From an uncultured Gemmatimonadales bacterium (GTDB taxonomy: Bacteria > Gemmatimonadota > Gemmatimonadetes > Gemmatimonadales > GWC2-71-9), in assembly GCA_963709905.1 (NCBI GenBank), contig CAVPYI010000005.1, positions 147,897 through 211,896 of the forward strand: 64,000 bases of DNA. Direction: 5' to 3'. Below, piece after piece: positions 40,349 to 49,000 of the stretch. Position 1 is the first letter of the stretch. Every line of letters starts with the position of its first letter. The notes under the pieces are model-generated. The model searched no databases, was not told where the DNA came from, and saw only the letters and a program-made list of their open reading frames with translations. The translations under genes were made by a program, and so were the position numbers.

Positions 40349-41248
40349 CTACTGGTCGAGTAACTGCCGGGCGATCCGGACATCATCCCAGGTCGGCTGC
40401 TTCCAGTTCGGATTGCGCAGTAACGCCGCCGGATGATAGGTGACGACCAGCGGCGTGGTCCCGTACCGGTGCACCCGGCCGCGCAGCTCGCCCAGGCTCT
40501 TCTTCACGCCCAGCAGCCATTCGGCGGCCGTGCCGCCCAGCGCCAGCAGCACTCGGGGACGGACCAGGGCGATCTGTCGGTGCAGATACGGAAGGCAGGC
40601 GAGTGCTTCGTCAGGCAGGGGCTTCCGATTCTGCGGCGGCCGGCACTTGACGATATTGGCGATGAACACCGTTTCCCGCGGACACTCGATCGACGCCAGG
40701 ATCTGATCGAGGAGTTGCCCGGCCGCTCCCACGAACGGCCGTCCGGTTTCGTCTTCCTTGGCTCCGGGCCCTTCCCCGACACACATCAGGCGGGCCGTGG
40801 GGTTTCCTTCCCCAGGCACCGCCAGGTTCCGCCCCTCGCACAGCCGGCACTTGCGGCAGCCGCGGACCAGTTCGTCTATCTGATCCAGCGAATCCGACCT
40901 CCAGACCTCGTCACCGAGCAATCCGACTTCGGGCGGAGCGACCACCAGTCCGGGACCGGGGATCGGCGGCGGGTCTTTGCGCCACTTGGCCTGGCGGCTC
41001 GGCGGCTCACCCTGGCGGCTCGGCGGCTCGGCGGCTGGTGACTCGGCGGCCTGTCCGCTGATCTCCGGGTCGTCCACCTTCACCGGCCCTGACTCCCCCA
41101 CCGGAACACCAGCCGCCGAGTCGCCGAGCCGCCGGGCCGCCGAGTCATCTGCCGCCGAGTCGCCGAGCGACCGAGCCGCCGAGCGATACACCTCGGGCCC
41201 ACCCAGTTCGGCTTGCTGCCGCAGGTAGCGGTCGCGTCTATCGTCCAA
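40349..41248 (-). CDS. uracil-DNA glycosylase, family 4, with a ~110-aa repeat-derived N-terminal extension (start uncertain)
   Basis: Catalytic core CRKCRLCEGR...GEGNP.ARLMCVGEGPGAKED..G.PFVG.AG. The maximal ORF starts at 41248 and overlaps the coaBC end. In-frame GTG 40945 or TTG 40921 would give a canonical-length enzyme. Confidence 0.8.
   Translation of the reverse strand: MDDRRDRYLRQQAELGGPEVYRSAARSLGDSAADDSAARRLGDSAAGVPVGESGPVKVDDPEISGQAAESPAAEPPSRQGEPPSRQAKWRKDPPPIPGPGLVVAPPEVGLLGDEVWRSDSLDQIDELVRGCRKCRLCEGRNLAVPGEGNPTARLMCVGEGPGAKEDETGRPFVGAAGQLLDQILASIECPRETVFIANIVKCRPPQNRKPLPDEALACLPYLHRQIALVRPRVLLALGGTAAEWLLGVKKSLGELRGRVHRYGTTPLVVTYHPAALLRNPNWKQPTWDDVRIARQLLDQ
40993..41184. repeat. 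inverted arrays of GGCGGCTC-type octamers overlapping the 5' part of the UDG ORF
   Basis: Left arm 40993-41050 (ggcggctcggcggctc...ggcggctcggcggctcggcggct). Right arm 41111-41184 (gccgccgagtcgccgagccgcc...gccgccgagtcgccgagcgaccgagccgccgagc). About 60-nt loop. Confidence 0.8.
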
Positions 41249-42434
41249 GCTGTGCCTCGACCGCGTCCAGGATCCGCTCGGCCACCTCGCGTTTCGGGGC
41301 CAGCGGCACCGCCTGCGCGCGACCCTGCCGATCCAGTATCACGACCCGATTGGTTTCGACCTCGAATCCGGCGCCGGCCTCCAGGGCGTCGTTGACCACG
41401 ATGAGGTCGACGTTCTTCCGTTCGAGCTTGGCCTTCCCCTTGGCGACGGCGTCGCCGGTCTCCAGCGCGAAACCCACGATCAGGCTGCCCGGTTTCCTGA
41501 CCCCGAGCGTGCTCTGGAGAATGTCCGCCGTGGGCGTCATCTGGAGCATGACGTTGCCCTCCTGCCGTTGGCGCTTGGTGGTGCTCGGTTCCGCGGGGCG
41601 ATAGTCGGCCGGCGCGGCGGCCATGATCAGGATGTCGGCGGCCGGCAGCGCGGCCCGCACCGCCGCCTCCATGTCCGTGGTGCTTTCGACCCGCCGCAGG
41701 ATCACTCCCACCGGTGCCGGCAGGGTGACCGGTCCGCTTACCAGCAGGACGTCCGCCCCTCGCTCCCAGGCCACTTCGGCCAGCCGGTACCCCATCCGGC
41801 CGCTGGAGCGGTTGGTCACCACGCGGACCGGGTCGATCGCCTCGCGAGTCGGTCCGGCGGTGACCAGAACCCGCTTTCCGGCCAGCGTCGCGCGGCCCGG
41901 AAGCAATCGGGCGGCGTAGGCCAGGATGGTCTCCGGTTCACTCATCCGGCCGGGACGATCCGACGGCCCTTCGGCCAGGGGCCCGTTCTCGGGGCCGACG
42001 AACGCGCAGCCACGCTCCGCCAGCACCGCCAGATTCGCCCGGGTCGCCGGGTTGGCGTACATGGTGTCGTTCATGGCCGGGGCAAAGAGCACCGGGGCGG
42101 TCCGCGCGAGCAGGAGTGTGGTCAGGAGATCATCGCCCAGGCCCTGCGCCACCCGGGCCAGCAGGTGGGCGGTGGCGGGCGCCACGATGACGAGGTCGGC
42201 GCGCTGGGGGAGGCGCACGTGGTCGAGCGCGGATCCCGGGGCCCAGAGCGACGTCAGGACGGGGCGGCCCGACAGCGCCTCAAACGTCAGGGGCCGCACG
42301 AATTCGGCGGCCCCTTCGGTGAGGATCACGTCGACCAGCGCGCCCGCTTCGGCCAGCCGCCGGACCAGAATGCAACTCTTGTAGCTGGCGATCCCGCCCG
42401 ACACGCCCACGACGACGTGGCGGCCCTCCCACAC
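41238..42434 (-). CDS. coaBC: bifunctional phosphopantothenoylcysteine decarboxylase / phosphopantothenate-cysteine ligase
   Basis: N-terminal flavoprotein motif VGVSGGIA.YK, PAMN..M, and C-terminal CoaB domain V.N.SSG.MG. Confidence 0.94.
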   Translation of the reverse strand: MWEGRHVVVGVSGGIASYKSCILVRRLAEAGALVDVILTEGAAEFVRPLTFEALSGRPVLTSLWAPGSALDHVRLPQRADLVIVAPATAHLLARVAQGLGDDLLTTLLLARTAPVLFAPAMNDTMYANPATRANLAVLAERGCAFVGPENGPLAEGPSDRPGRMSEPETILAYAARLLPGRATLAGKRVLVTAGPTREAIDPVRVVTNRSSGRMGYRLAEVAWERGADVLLVSGPVTLPAPVGVILRRVESTTDMEAAVRAALPAADILIMAAAPADYRPAEPSTTKRQRQEGNVMLQMTPTADILQSTLGVRKPGSLIVGFALETGDAVAKGKAKLERKNVDLIVVNDALEAGAGFEVETNRVVILDRQGRAQAVPLAPKREVAERILDAVEAQLGR

Positions 42435-42436
42435 GG

Positions 42437-42649
42437 TCAGGCCTCGGAGCGGCGGCGGCGGGAGATCTTGTACTGGAGATCACCGACCACCAGCGCCTCC
42501 AGCGCCTGGGTGGTGAGTTTCTGCTCCTTCAGCAGGATACGCTCCCGGGGCAGCTCATTGATGTAGCGCGCGAACTTGGCCGCCACCAGCACGCCGAGGT
42601 ACTTGTTGCCTGCCTGACGAGCCGCTTCCGTGGGGGTGTAGATCTTCAT
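42437..42649 (-). CDS. rpoZ: DNA-directed RNA polymerase subunit omega
   Basis: 70-aa ORF between gmk and coaBC, the conserved gmk-rpoZ arrangement. NKY.LV..AAKFAR-like motif. Confidence 0.8.
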   Translation of the reverse strand: MKIYTPTEAARQAGNKYLGVLVAAKFARYINELPRERILLKEQKLTTQALEALVVGDLQYKISRRRRSEA

Positions 42650-42715
42650 TCGAATGCTCCGATAGGTCCGTGTGTGGCCGCCTCCGCCCCTGCCTGGCCC
42701 GGAAACGACGCCTGG

Positions 42716-43351
42716 TTACAGTTTGTCCGCCGCCAGGCGGATCCCGCGGCGGATCTCGCCGACCATACCGCCGAGGTCCTCCTGGCGGGCCACCCGGCGT
42801 CGTTCCGCATCGAGGATCGTCGAGATCTCCGACACCGCGCGCCGGCGATCGTCATTGACGACCAGGTAGTCATATTCGCGGGCGGCGCCGAGCTCGTCGC
42901 TCGCGATCGCCAGTCGCCGGCGCAGGGCCGCGGCGGGCTCCGTCTCCCGGGCGGCCAGCCGGGTCACCAGCGCCTCGCCGGACGGCGGCAGCAGGAAGAC
43001 CAGCACCGCGCCGGGGAACTGCCGGCGGATCTCGCGGGCCCCCGCCACCTCGATCACCAGCAGCGCATGCCGGCCCGACTCACGCAGCCGTGCAACCTCC
43101 GCCTTGAGCGTCCCGTAGCGCTGACCGCCGTAGCTGGCGGTTTCGAGGAAATCTCCGGCCGCTTCCCTCCGGGCGAACTCGTCGGCGCCGAGGAAGTAAT
43201 AGTCCCGACCGTCGGCTTCGCCGGGCCGCGGCGCGCGGGTGGTCGCCGATACCGACCGCCCGACATCGGGGCGAGCGGCGATCAGGTCTTCCGCGATCGT
43301 CGTCTTGCCGGCGCCGGACGGCGAGGACAGCACGAGCAGGAGCGGCGTCAC
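42716..43351 (-). CDS. gmk: guanylate kinase
   Basis: P-loop LSSPSGAGKTT, SATTR.PR.GE..G.DY.F. Confidence 0.94.
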   Translation of the reverse strand: MTPLLLVLSSPSGAGKTTIAEDLIAARPDVGRSVSATTRAPRPGEADGRDYYFLGADEFARREAAGDFLETASYGGQRYGTLKAEVARLRESGRHALLVIEVAGAREIRRQFPGAVLVFLLPPSGEALVTRLAARETEPAAALRRRLAIASDELGAAREYDYLVVNDDRRRAVSEISTILDAERRRVARQEDLGGMVGEIRRGIRLAADKL

Positions 43352-44226
43352 TCGAGATTCTCGAGCTGCTCCCGGAACTTCTCCAGCTCGCCCTTCATGC
43401 CAATCACCTGCTGGACGATCTCGGCGTCGTTCCCCTTGGAGCCCATGGTATTCACCTCGCGCCCCAGCTCCTGCGCGAGAAAGCCAAGGTGCTTGCCGAC
43501 CGGCCCGGATCCCGCGAGCGCCTCGCGGCAGGCGGCCAGGTGAGCGCCGAAGCGCACCAGTTCCTCGGTGATATCCAGCCGGTCGGCCAGCAGGGCGATC
43601 TCCTGCGCCACCCGTTGCTCATCCACCGGGGTGCCGTCCAGCAGGTCGGTGACCGCCTTTCGCAACCGGTCCCGCTCCCGGATCACCCGCTCAGGGGCCC
43701 GGGTCGCGATCACCTGACCGGCCGATTCGAGCGCCGCCAGCCGTCGTTCCAGCTCTTCGGCCAGTACCCGGCCTTCGCGCGCGCGCATCCCCTTGCACTC
43801 GACCATCGCCGCGGCCACCACCCGCTCGACCTCGGGCCACGGCACCTCGGGCGGCGCCTCATGCCCTGGGGTGACCACATCCGCCTGACGAACGATCATT
43901 CCCAGGTCCACTTCGCCCGGAACGCCAAGCGCCCGCTTCAGATCGGACAGGGCGGCTGCGACCGCGCGAGCCCGGTCCAGGTCCACCGTGAACCCGGCGG
44001 AGCGCCGCTCCGCCGTTTCGATCCAGCGGGCGGTCACCGCGACGTGGCCGCGGTCAAACTCCTTGCGCAGCAACTCCCGGACTTCTCCCTCCAGCGCGGC
44101 CAACTCGGGCGGCAGCTTGAGCGACGGGTTGAAGTGCCGGTGATTCACCGTGCGGATCTCGACCCGGAGGCGACCGCCCGCCGCCGGGCCGTCCGCGGCC
44201 CCGAAGCCCGTCATGCTGTAGGGCAA
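43348..44226 (-). CDS. yicC: YicC-family stress-induced protein
   Basis: MTGFG...IRTVNHR N-terminus and C-terminal REVNT.GSK...K.ELEK.REQ..N.E motif. Confidence 0.9.
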   Translation of the reverse strand: MPYSMTGFGAADGPAAGGRLRVEIRTVNHRHFNPSLKLPPELAALEGEVRELLRKEFDRGHVAVTARWIETAERRSAGFTVDLDRARAVAAALSDLKRALGVPGEVDLGMIVRQADVVTPGHEAPPEVPWPEVERVVAAAMVECKGMRAREGRVLAEELERRLAALESAGQVIATRAPERVIRERDRLRKAVTDLLDGTPVDEQRVAQEIALLADRLDITEELVRFGAHLAACREALAGSGPVGKHLGFLAQELGREVNTMGSKGNDAEIVQQVIGMKGELEKFREQLENLE

Positions 44227-44302
44227 CGACTGCCTCCGTACCCGAGGTCCGGGAAAGGGGCGAAGTATAGTGGGGAAAGGGGGTTAGGGGTAGGGTGCGG
44301 CG

Positions 44303-44400
44303 GGCGTCAAGGCGTCAAGGCGTCAAGGCGTCAAGGCGTCAAGGCGTCGGCCACCGGGAAACTAAGCAAACGACGCCTCGACGCCTCAACGTCTCACCGC
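44303..44400. repeat. hairpin element with tandem-octamer arms (GGCGTCAA type) between the TonB-type receptor gene and yicC
   Basis: (GGCGTCAA)x5 + GGCGTCGG at 44303-44350, 20-nt loop, cgacgcctcgacgcctcaacgtctcaccgc at 44371-44400. The right arm abuts the receptor stop codon. Confidence 0.88.
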
Positions 44401-46272
44401 CTAGTTCGCAAACTCCCACCGCACTCCGAACGTGCTCCCGAAATTGAGCAACCGGAAACCGGGCACATAGCTCTTGCGGGTGGCCTGGAGGTTGTAGCGC
44501 TGCCAGTACAACAGGAAGCTGTCCAGGCGAATCTCGATCTCGGTGCGCCAGAACGAGGCCCCGTCGAGCGCGATCGGCAGGCCGAGCGTGTCACGCCCGA
44601 TGATGCCGTCGCCCCAGGTCTCGTACGAGAGCTGGGCCTTGAAATCGAAGATCCCGCTCGGGAAGGTGCGCCAGAATTTGGAGCGGATCGTCCCGCTGGT
44701 GAGGGAGTGGGTGGCGGGGAGGCCGTCTGGCGTACTGGCTCCGGTCGGGTCGCTGACCCAGCCCTCGAAGGTGAGCCACTTCCTGGGCGCCAGCCGCCAG
44801 TTCACCGTCACCCAATCGGTGCGCGGGGCGGCCCCCAGAGCCGCCACGCTCGGCGTAAAGGACCGAAACGCGAACGGCCGGAACGCGTCGGTCCGCGCGA
44901 AACCCACCTCGACCGCTGCCCACGGTCGCTCCCAGCGCGCGCTGGCCTGCCAGTCTGTGATCGATTGGGCGCGATCGGCGATGATCGCCGGCGCCGCGAC
45001 CATTGACCCCGATCGCAGCGTGCCTTGCAGCTCGAGCCCGAGCAGCAGAGACAGCCCGACCCGGCCGGCTACCCAGTCGCTGTGGCGGCCGCCATCGTGC
45101 GTACGGTAGCCCGCCTCGGCTCCGAAACTGAGCGCTGCGACCGGCGTCCACCCCGCCGTACTGAGCAAGTCCCAGGGCGTGATCCGCGACCGACTGAGCC
45201 CGCGGATAGTCAGGCCGACGGTCGGGCTCCGCCACCCGAGGATGAGGCCGCCCTGCCGGACCTCGTCGTCCACCCCGGTGCCCTTCCAGGTGGTCAGACC
45301 CGCCAGCCCATCGACCCGGAATCCGAGATTGCCGGGCCGACTTCGCCAGAACAGCCGGAGCTGGGCATCGTTCCGCTTTCCCGTCGTCGCCAATTCCAGG
45401 GTGTCGGGGTTCTCGACGAACGCCTTGCGGTCGGGGCTGGAGCTGATCAGCTGGGCCTGTACGCCGAATCGGTCGCTCGGAACGAAGCCGAGCTGCAGCC
45501 AGATGTTGGTGACGTCGAAATCACTGGCCGTTCCCGTGGCGGTCGGAGCGACCATCCGTTCGCCGCCGAGGCCGAAACCCAGTCCGGAAGGGAAGCGCCG
45601 TTCCAGGGCCCCGACGTACCGGGCGATCTCCTTGTCCCCGGATGAGACTCCGACCCGCGACGAGGGCGCCTGTCGCTCGTGCCGTCGGGTGAACAGGTGG
45701 ACCCGGAGCAGCTCCGGCCAGCGCTCGATTTCGATGCGATCGAACAGACTCACCGAAAAGAAGGACGGGTCCACGCCGATTGAATCGGGACCGATCGGCA
45801 GATAGGGGATGCCGTCGACCAGATATTCAACCCCGGTCGCCCCGCGAGCGCGGAAGTTCGGATACTCGGTCCGGCCGAGCCATCCGCCGCGCCAGAGATA
45901 GACCCCGGGCACCCGTTGGAGCAGGTCGGACACGGTCTCCGCCATGACCCATTCCAGGGAATCCCGGTCGAGTACGATCCGGCTCATCGGCGAGCGCGGG
46001 CCTTCCACTCCGACCAGGGGCATCGCAGACAGGCGGATGGCGTTCGCCTTCTGGGCCTCCAGATAGCGTTCGGTGGTGTTGACGGTGTCGCGGGGCAGGG
46101 AGTCGGGAGGCAGCGAGTCGTAGGGAATCTGAGCCGCCACCCCCTGGGCAACGAGGATGAGCCCAGCGGCGGCGGTGAGCAGTGAACGGTGAGTGGTGCG
46201 CCGTGAATGAACGGACGATGGAGCAGTGTCCCTACCCCAGTGCCACCGGCGCTTCAGAGGCGACCCGCTCAC
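44401..46272 (-). CDS. TonB-dependent-receptor-like outer-membrane protein (plug plus beta-barrel); start uncertain
   Basis: Plug-domain motifs (ETVSDLLQRVPGVYL, GATGVEYLVDGIPY, IEIERWPE), a long strand-rich barrel and a C-terminal aromatic ...VRWEFAN. The maximal ORF (to 46422) overlaps the pepA 3' end, so in-frame GTG 46272 is used. Confidence 0.75.
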   Translation of the reverse strand: MSGSPLKRRWHWGRDTAPSSVHSRRTTHRSLLTAAAGLILVAQGVAAQIPYDSLPPDSLPRDTVNTTERYLEAQKANAIRLSAMPLVGVEGPRSPMSRIVLDRDSLEWVMAETVSDLLQRVPGVYLWRGGWLGRTEYPNFRARGATGVEYLVDGIPYLPIGPDSIGVDPSFFSVSLFDRIEIERWPELLRVHLFTRRHERQAPSSRVGVSSGDKEIARYVGALERRFPSGLGFGLGGERMVAPTATGTASDFDVTNIWLQLGFVPSDRFGVQAQLISSSPDRKAFVENPDTLELATTGKRNDAQLRLFWRSRPGNLGFRVDGLAGLTTWKGTGVDDEVRQGGLILGWRSPTVGLTIRGLSRSRITPWDLLSTAGWTPVAALSFGAEAGYRTHDGGRHSDWVAGRVGLSLLLGLELQGTLRSGSMVAAPAIIADRAQSITDWQASARWERPWAAVEVGFARTDAFRPFAFRSFTPSVAALGAAPRTDWVTVNWRLAPRKWLTFEGWVSDPTGASTPDGLPATHSLTSGTIRSKFWRTFPSGIFDFKAQLSYETWGDGIIGRDTLGLPIALDGASFWRTEIEIRLDSFLLYWQRYNLQATRKSYVPGFRLLNFGSTFGVRWEFAN

Positions 46273-46292
46273 CGCTAACCGCTCACCGCTTA
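46174..46292. repeat. hairpin element with tandem-heptamer arms (GGTGAGC / CCGCTCA type) over the 5' end of the receptor gene
   Basis: ggtgagc agtgaac ggtgagt ggtgcgc cgtgaat (46174-46208) faces ccgctca ccgctaa ccgctca ccgctta (46265-46292). About 80 percent complementarity by eye. Confidence 0.75.
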
Positions 46293-47783
46293 CCCCAACA
46301 CCCCGGCGCGCCCCAGCACAAACTCGGCGAACAGTCGCGTACAGACCCCGGTAGGCCCCTTCACGCGGGTCGGGTCCTCGCGGTCGCTGTAGGCCGTACC
46401 GGCGATATCGATGTGAGCCCACGGAAACCCGCTGACGAACTCCCGCAGGAACCAGCCCGCCGAGATGCTCCCGGCCGGCCGACCGCCCGAGTTCTTGACG
46501 TCCGCGATCTCCGACTTGATCAGGTCGCGGTACTCATCCCACATCGGCAGCGGCCAGACCCGTTCCCCCGCCCGGTCGCCGGCCCGACGCAGCTCCTCGA
46601 CCAGGCCGTCGTCGCTTCCCATCACGCCGGACGCGGCATGTCCCAGGGCGACCACCACCGCTCCGGTCAGGGTCGCGGCATCGACCACGCAGGCCGGCTC
46701 GTACCGCCGGGCATACGACAGGGCGTCGCACAGAATCAGCCGCCCTTCCGCGTCGGTGTTGATGATCTCGATCGTCTTGCCCAGGTGGCTCCGGACGACA
46801 TCGCCGGGCTTGACCGCCTTGCCGCTCGGCATGTTTTCGACCGCGGGCACCAGCCCGATGACCCGGAGCTTCGGCTTCAGTCGCCCCAGCATCTCGAACG
46901 TGCCGAGCACCGCGGCCGCGCCCGACATGTCGTATTTCATGTCCTCCATCTTGTCGGAAGGCTTGATGGAGATCCCCCCGGTATCGAAGGTGACGCCTTT
47001 TCCCACCAGCACGATCGGCGCGCCGGCAGTTCCCTCGTACTCGAGCACGATGAACTTCGGCTCTTCCGCGCTGCCCTGCCCCACCGCCAGCAGGCCACCC
47101 ATTTTTTCCGCCCGAATGGCCGGGAGATCGAGGACGGTCCCCTTCAGGCCATGGCGGCGCGCCAGCTCACCGGCCTGGGCCGCCAGATAGCTCGGGGTGC
47201 ATGTGTTTCCCGGGAGCACCTGGAGATTCCGGGCCAAGCTCTGGCCCGCGGCGACCGCCGCGCCCAGCTCGTGTCCGGCCCGCACGTCAGCGGTGTCCGC
47301 GGGGGCCAGGACCTCGGCCTGCACCAGCGGTGGTTTGATATCCTCGGGCGGTGCCTTGAGCTCCGCGTAATGCCACTGCCCGTAGGCCAGCCCCTCGGCG
47401 ATCACCTGCCCCTGTTCCCGCGCCGTCACCGGGCCGCGTGCCTCCGGCGTCAGAAAGAATCCCATCGCGGAAGCGCCAACCGTTCGTGCCCGTTTGGCCG
47501 CCGCTGCCGCCGCGCGGCGGAGGGTGTTGCGGCCGAACTCCTCCGGCTTGCCCAGCCCGAGGAGCAGCACCCGGGTCGCGGGCCCCGGCACGTGCAGCAG
47601 CGCCTGTTCATCCTTCTTGCCGGCGAAGTCGCCCGAGCCGTACAGCCGACCGATGGCGCCGGCGGTCTGGGCATCGACCGGAGTGAGTGAGGCAGGCATC
47701 GGGCCCATGGATACCGCCAGCGCAAGCAGTGGCGTGGCATAGCCGGCGGGCTGGGCGGAACTCACCGATGTGGTGAAGGGCAT
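46290..47783 (-). CDS. pepA: leucyl aminopeptidase (M17)
   Basis: VGKGVTFDTGGISIKP, NTDAEGRL.L.D and DIAGTA motifs. Confidence 0.95.
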   Translation of the reverse strand: MPFTTSVSSAQPAGYATPLLALAVSMGPMPASLTPVDAQTAGAIGRLYGSGDFAGKKDEQALLHVPGPATRVLLLGLGKPEEFGRNTLRRAAAAAAKRARTVGASAMGFFLTPEARGPVTAREQGQVIAEGLAYGQWHYAELKAPPEDIKPPLVQAEVLAPADTADVRAGHELGAAVAAGQSLARNLQVLPGNTCTPSYLAAQAGELARRHGLKGTVLDLPAIRAEKMGGLLAVGQGSAEEPKFIVLEYEGTAGAPIVLVGKGVTFDTGGISIKPSDKMEDMKYDMSGAAAVLGTFEMLGRLKPKLRVIGLVPAVENMPSGKAVKPGDVVRSHLGKTIEIINTDAEGRLILCDALSYARRYEPACVVDAATLTGAVVVALGHAASGVMGSDDGLVEELRRAGDRAGERVWPLPMWDEYRDLIKSEIADVKNSGGRPAGSISAGWFLREFVSGFPWAHIDIAGTAYSDREDPTRVKGPTGVCTRLFAEFVLGRAGVLG

Positions 47784-47789
47784 GAGGAT

Positions 47790-48929
47790 TCAGCGCCGCT
47801 GGCGCACGGAGCGATACTCCAGGTCCACGGGGCCGATATACTCCGCGCGGGGACGCAGGAGCCGGTCCTCCCCGTATTGCTCGAGCACGTGGGCCACCCA
47901 GCCCGCCATCCGGCTCACCGCAAAGACCGCAGTGAACAGGTCGGTCGGGATTCCCAGGGCGCGGTACAGCGGTGCCAGGTAGAAATCCACGATCGCGTGC
48001 TCCCCCGTCTCGCGCGCCACGGCGAGTTCCAGTTCCCGGGCCGTCCGAAACAGGGGCCATAGACCGGCACGCTGACATTCGGCCTCCGCCAGGGCCCTCA
48101 GCACGCCGGTGCGCGGGTCCTCGCCCTGATACACCACGTGACCGAAGCCCGGGACTTTCAACTTCTGCATCAGTCGCCGGCGCACCCACTCGCCCGCCCC
48201 CTCTGGTAATCCGATCTCGTCGAGTGCCGCGATCACGTTGCGGGTATGCCAGCCATGCCGTGGGCCCGAGAGGGCCGACACCGCCGCGATCACGCTGGCG
48301 AACACATCGGCCCCGGTCGCCGCGGTAACCCGGGCCGCGAAGGTAGACGGGTTGAGTTCGTTTTCGGCGCGCAGAATCATCGCCGTGTCGAACGCCCGCT
48401 CCGCGTCCCGGCCCGGCGCGGTCCCAGTCACCATCGCCAGGAAGTTGGCCGCCAGGCTGAGGCTCTTTTTCGGCAGGATCGGCTTTTGCGCCGTTCGCAG
48501 GCGGTGCTGGGTCGCGACGATCGTCGGGGTGGCCGCGACCAGCCTCAGCCCCTGCGCCAGGGCATCCTCGCGCGCGGGCGGCAGCTTCACGACGTGCTCG
48601 AGCGACAGCGCCGCCAGCGCGGAACGCAGCCCGCTCATGCTGTCGGTGCCGGCCGGGAGCACTTTGAGCGTCCGCAGGACGGCCGGGGACAGTTTCTGCA
48701 TCGCGCGCATCTGCCCGGTGACCAGCCGGAGCTCGGCCGCCGTGGGCAGATGGCCGGACATAAGGAGCAGGGCGGTCTCCTCATAGGTCGACTTCTCCCC
48801 GAGCTCCCGGACGTCATACCCGCGATAGGACAAGGCTCCATCCTCCGCCGAGAGCCGGCAGATGGAGGATTGGAGCGCGATGACGTTGTCGAGTCCGCGA
48901 GTCGGTTCGGTGGTATTTCCGAGGCTCAT
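47790..48929 (-). CDS. citrate synthase family protein (short ~380-aa type; citrate or 2-methylcitrate synthase)
   Basis: S.I...DG..G.L.YRGY....L, GPRHGWH (for GPLHGGA) and PGFGH.VY motifs. Confidence 0.88.
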   Translation of the reverse strand: MSLGNTTEPTRGLDNVIALQSSICRLSAEDGALSYRGYDVRELGEKSTYEETALLLMSGHLPTAAELRLVTGQMRAMQKLSPAVLRTLKVLPAGTDSMSGLRSALAALSLEHVVKLPPAREDALAQGLRLVAATPTIVATQHRLRTAQKPILPKKSLSLAANFLAMVTGTAPGRDAERAFDTAMILRAENELNPSTFAARVTAATGADVFASVIAAVSALSGPRHGWHTRNVIAALDEIGLPEGAGEWVRRRLMQKLKVPGFGHVVYQGEDPRTGVLRALAEAECQRAGLWPLFRTARELELAVARETGEHAIVDFYLAPLYRALGIPTDLFTAVFAVSRMAGWVAHVLEQYGEDRLLRPRAEYIGPVDLEYRSVRQRR

Positions 48930-49000
48930 TCTTGCACCGTGTGAGTGCGTGAAAGACTACCCATCTCCGGTCAGCGCCGGAAGAGCCGGGTACTCCGCGG

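Noticed and set aside
44272-44295. G-quadruplex-type tract GGGGAAAGGGGGTTAGGGGTAGGG upstream of yicC, on the template strand.
   Set aside because: G-run motifs are expected by chance at appreciable frequency in a genome this GC-rich, and there is no second line of evidence. Noted only as context for the adjacent repeat element.
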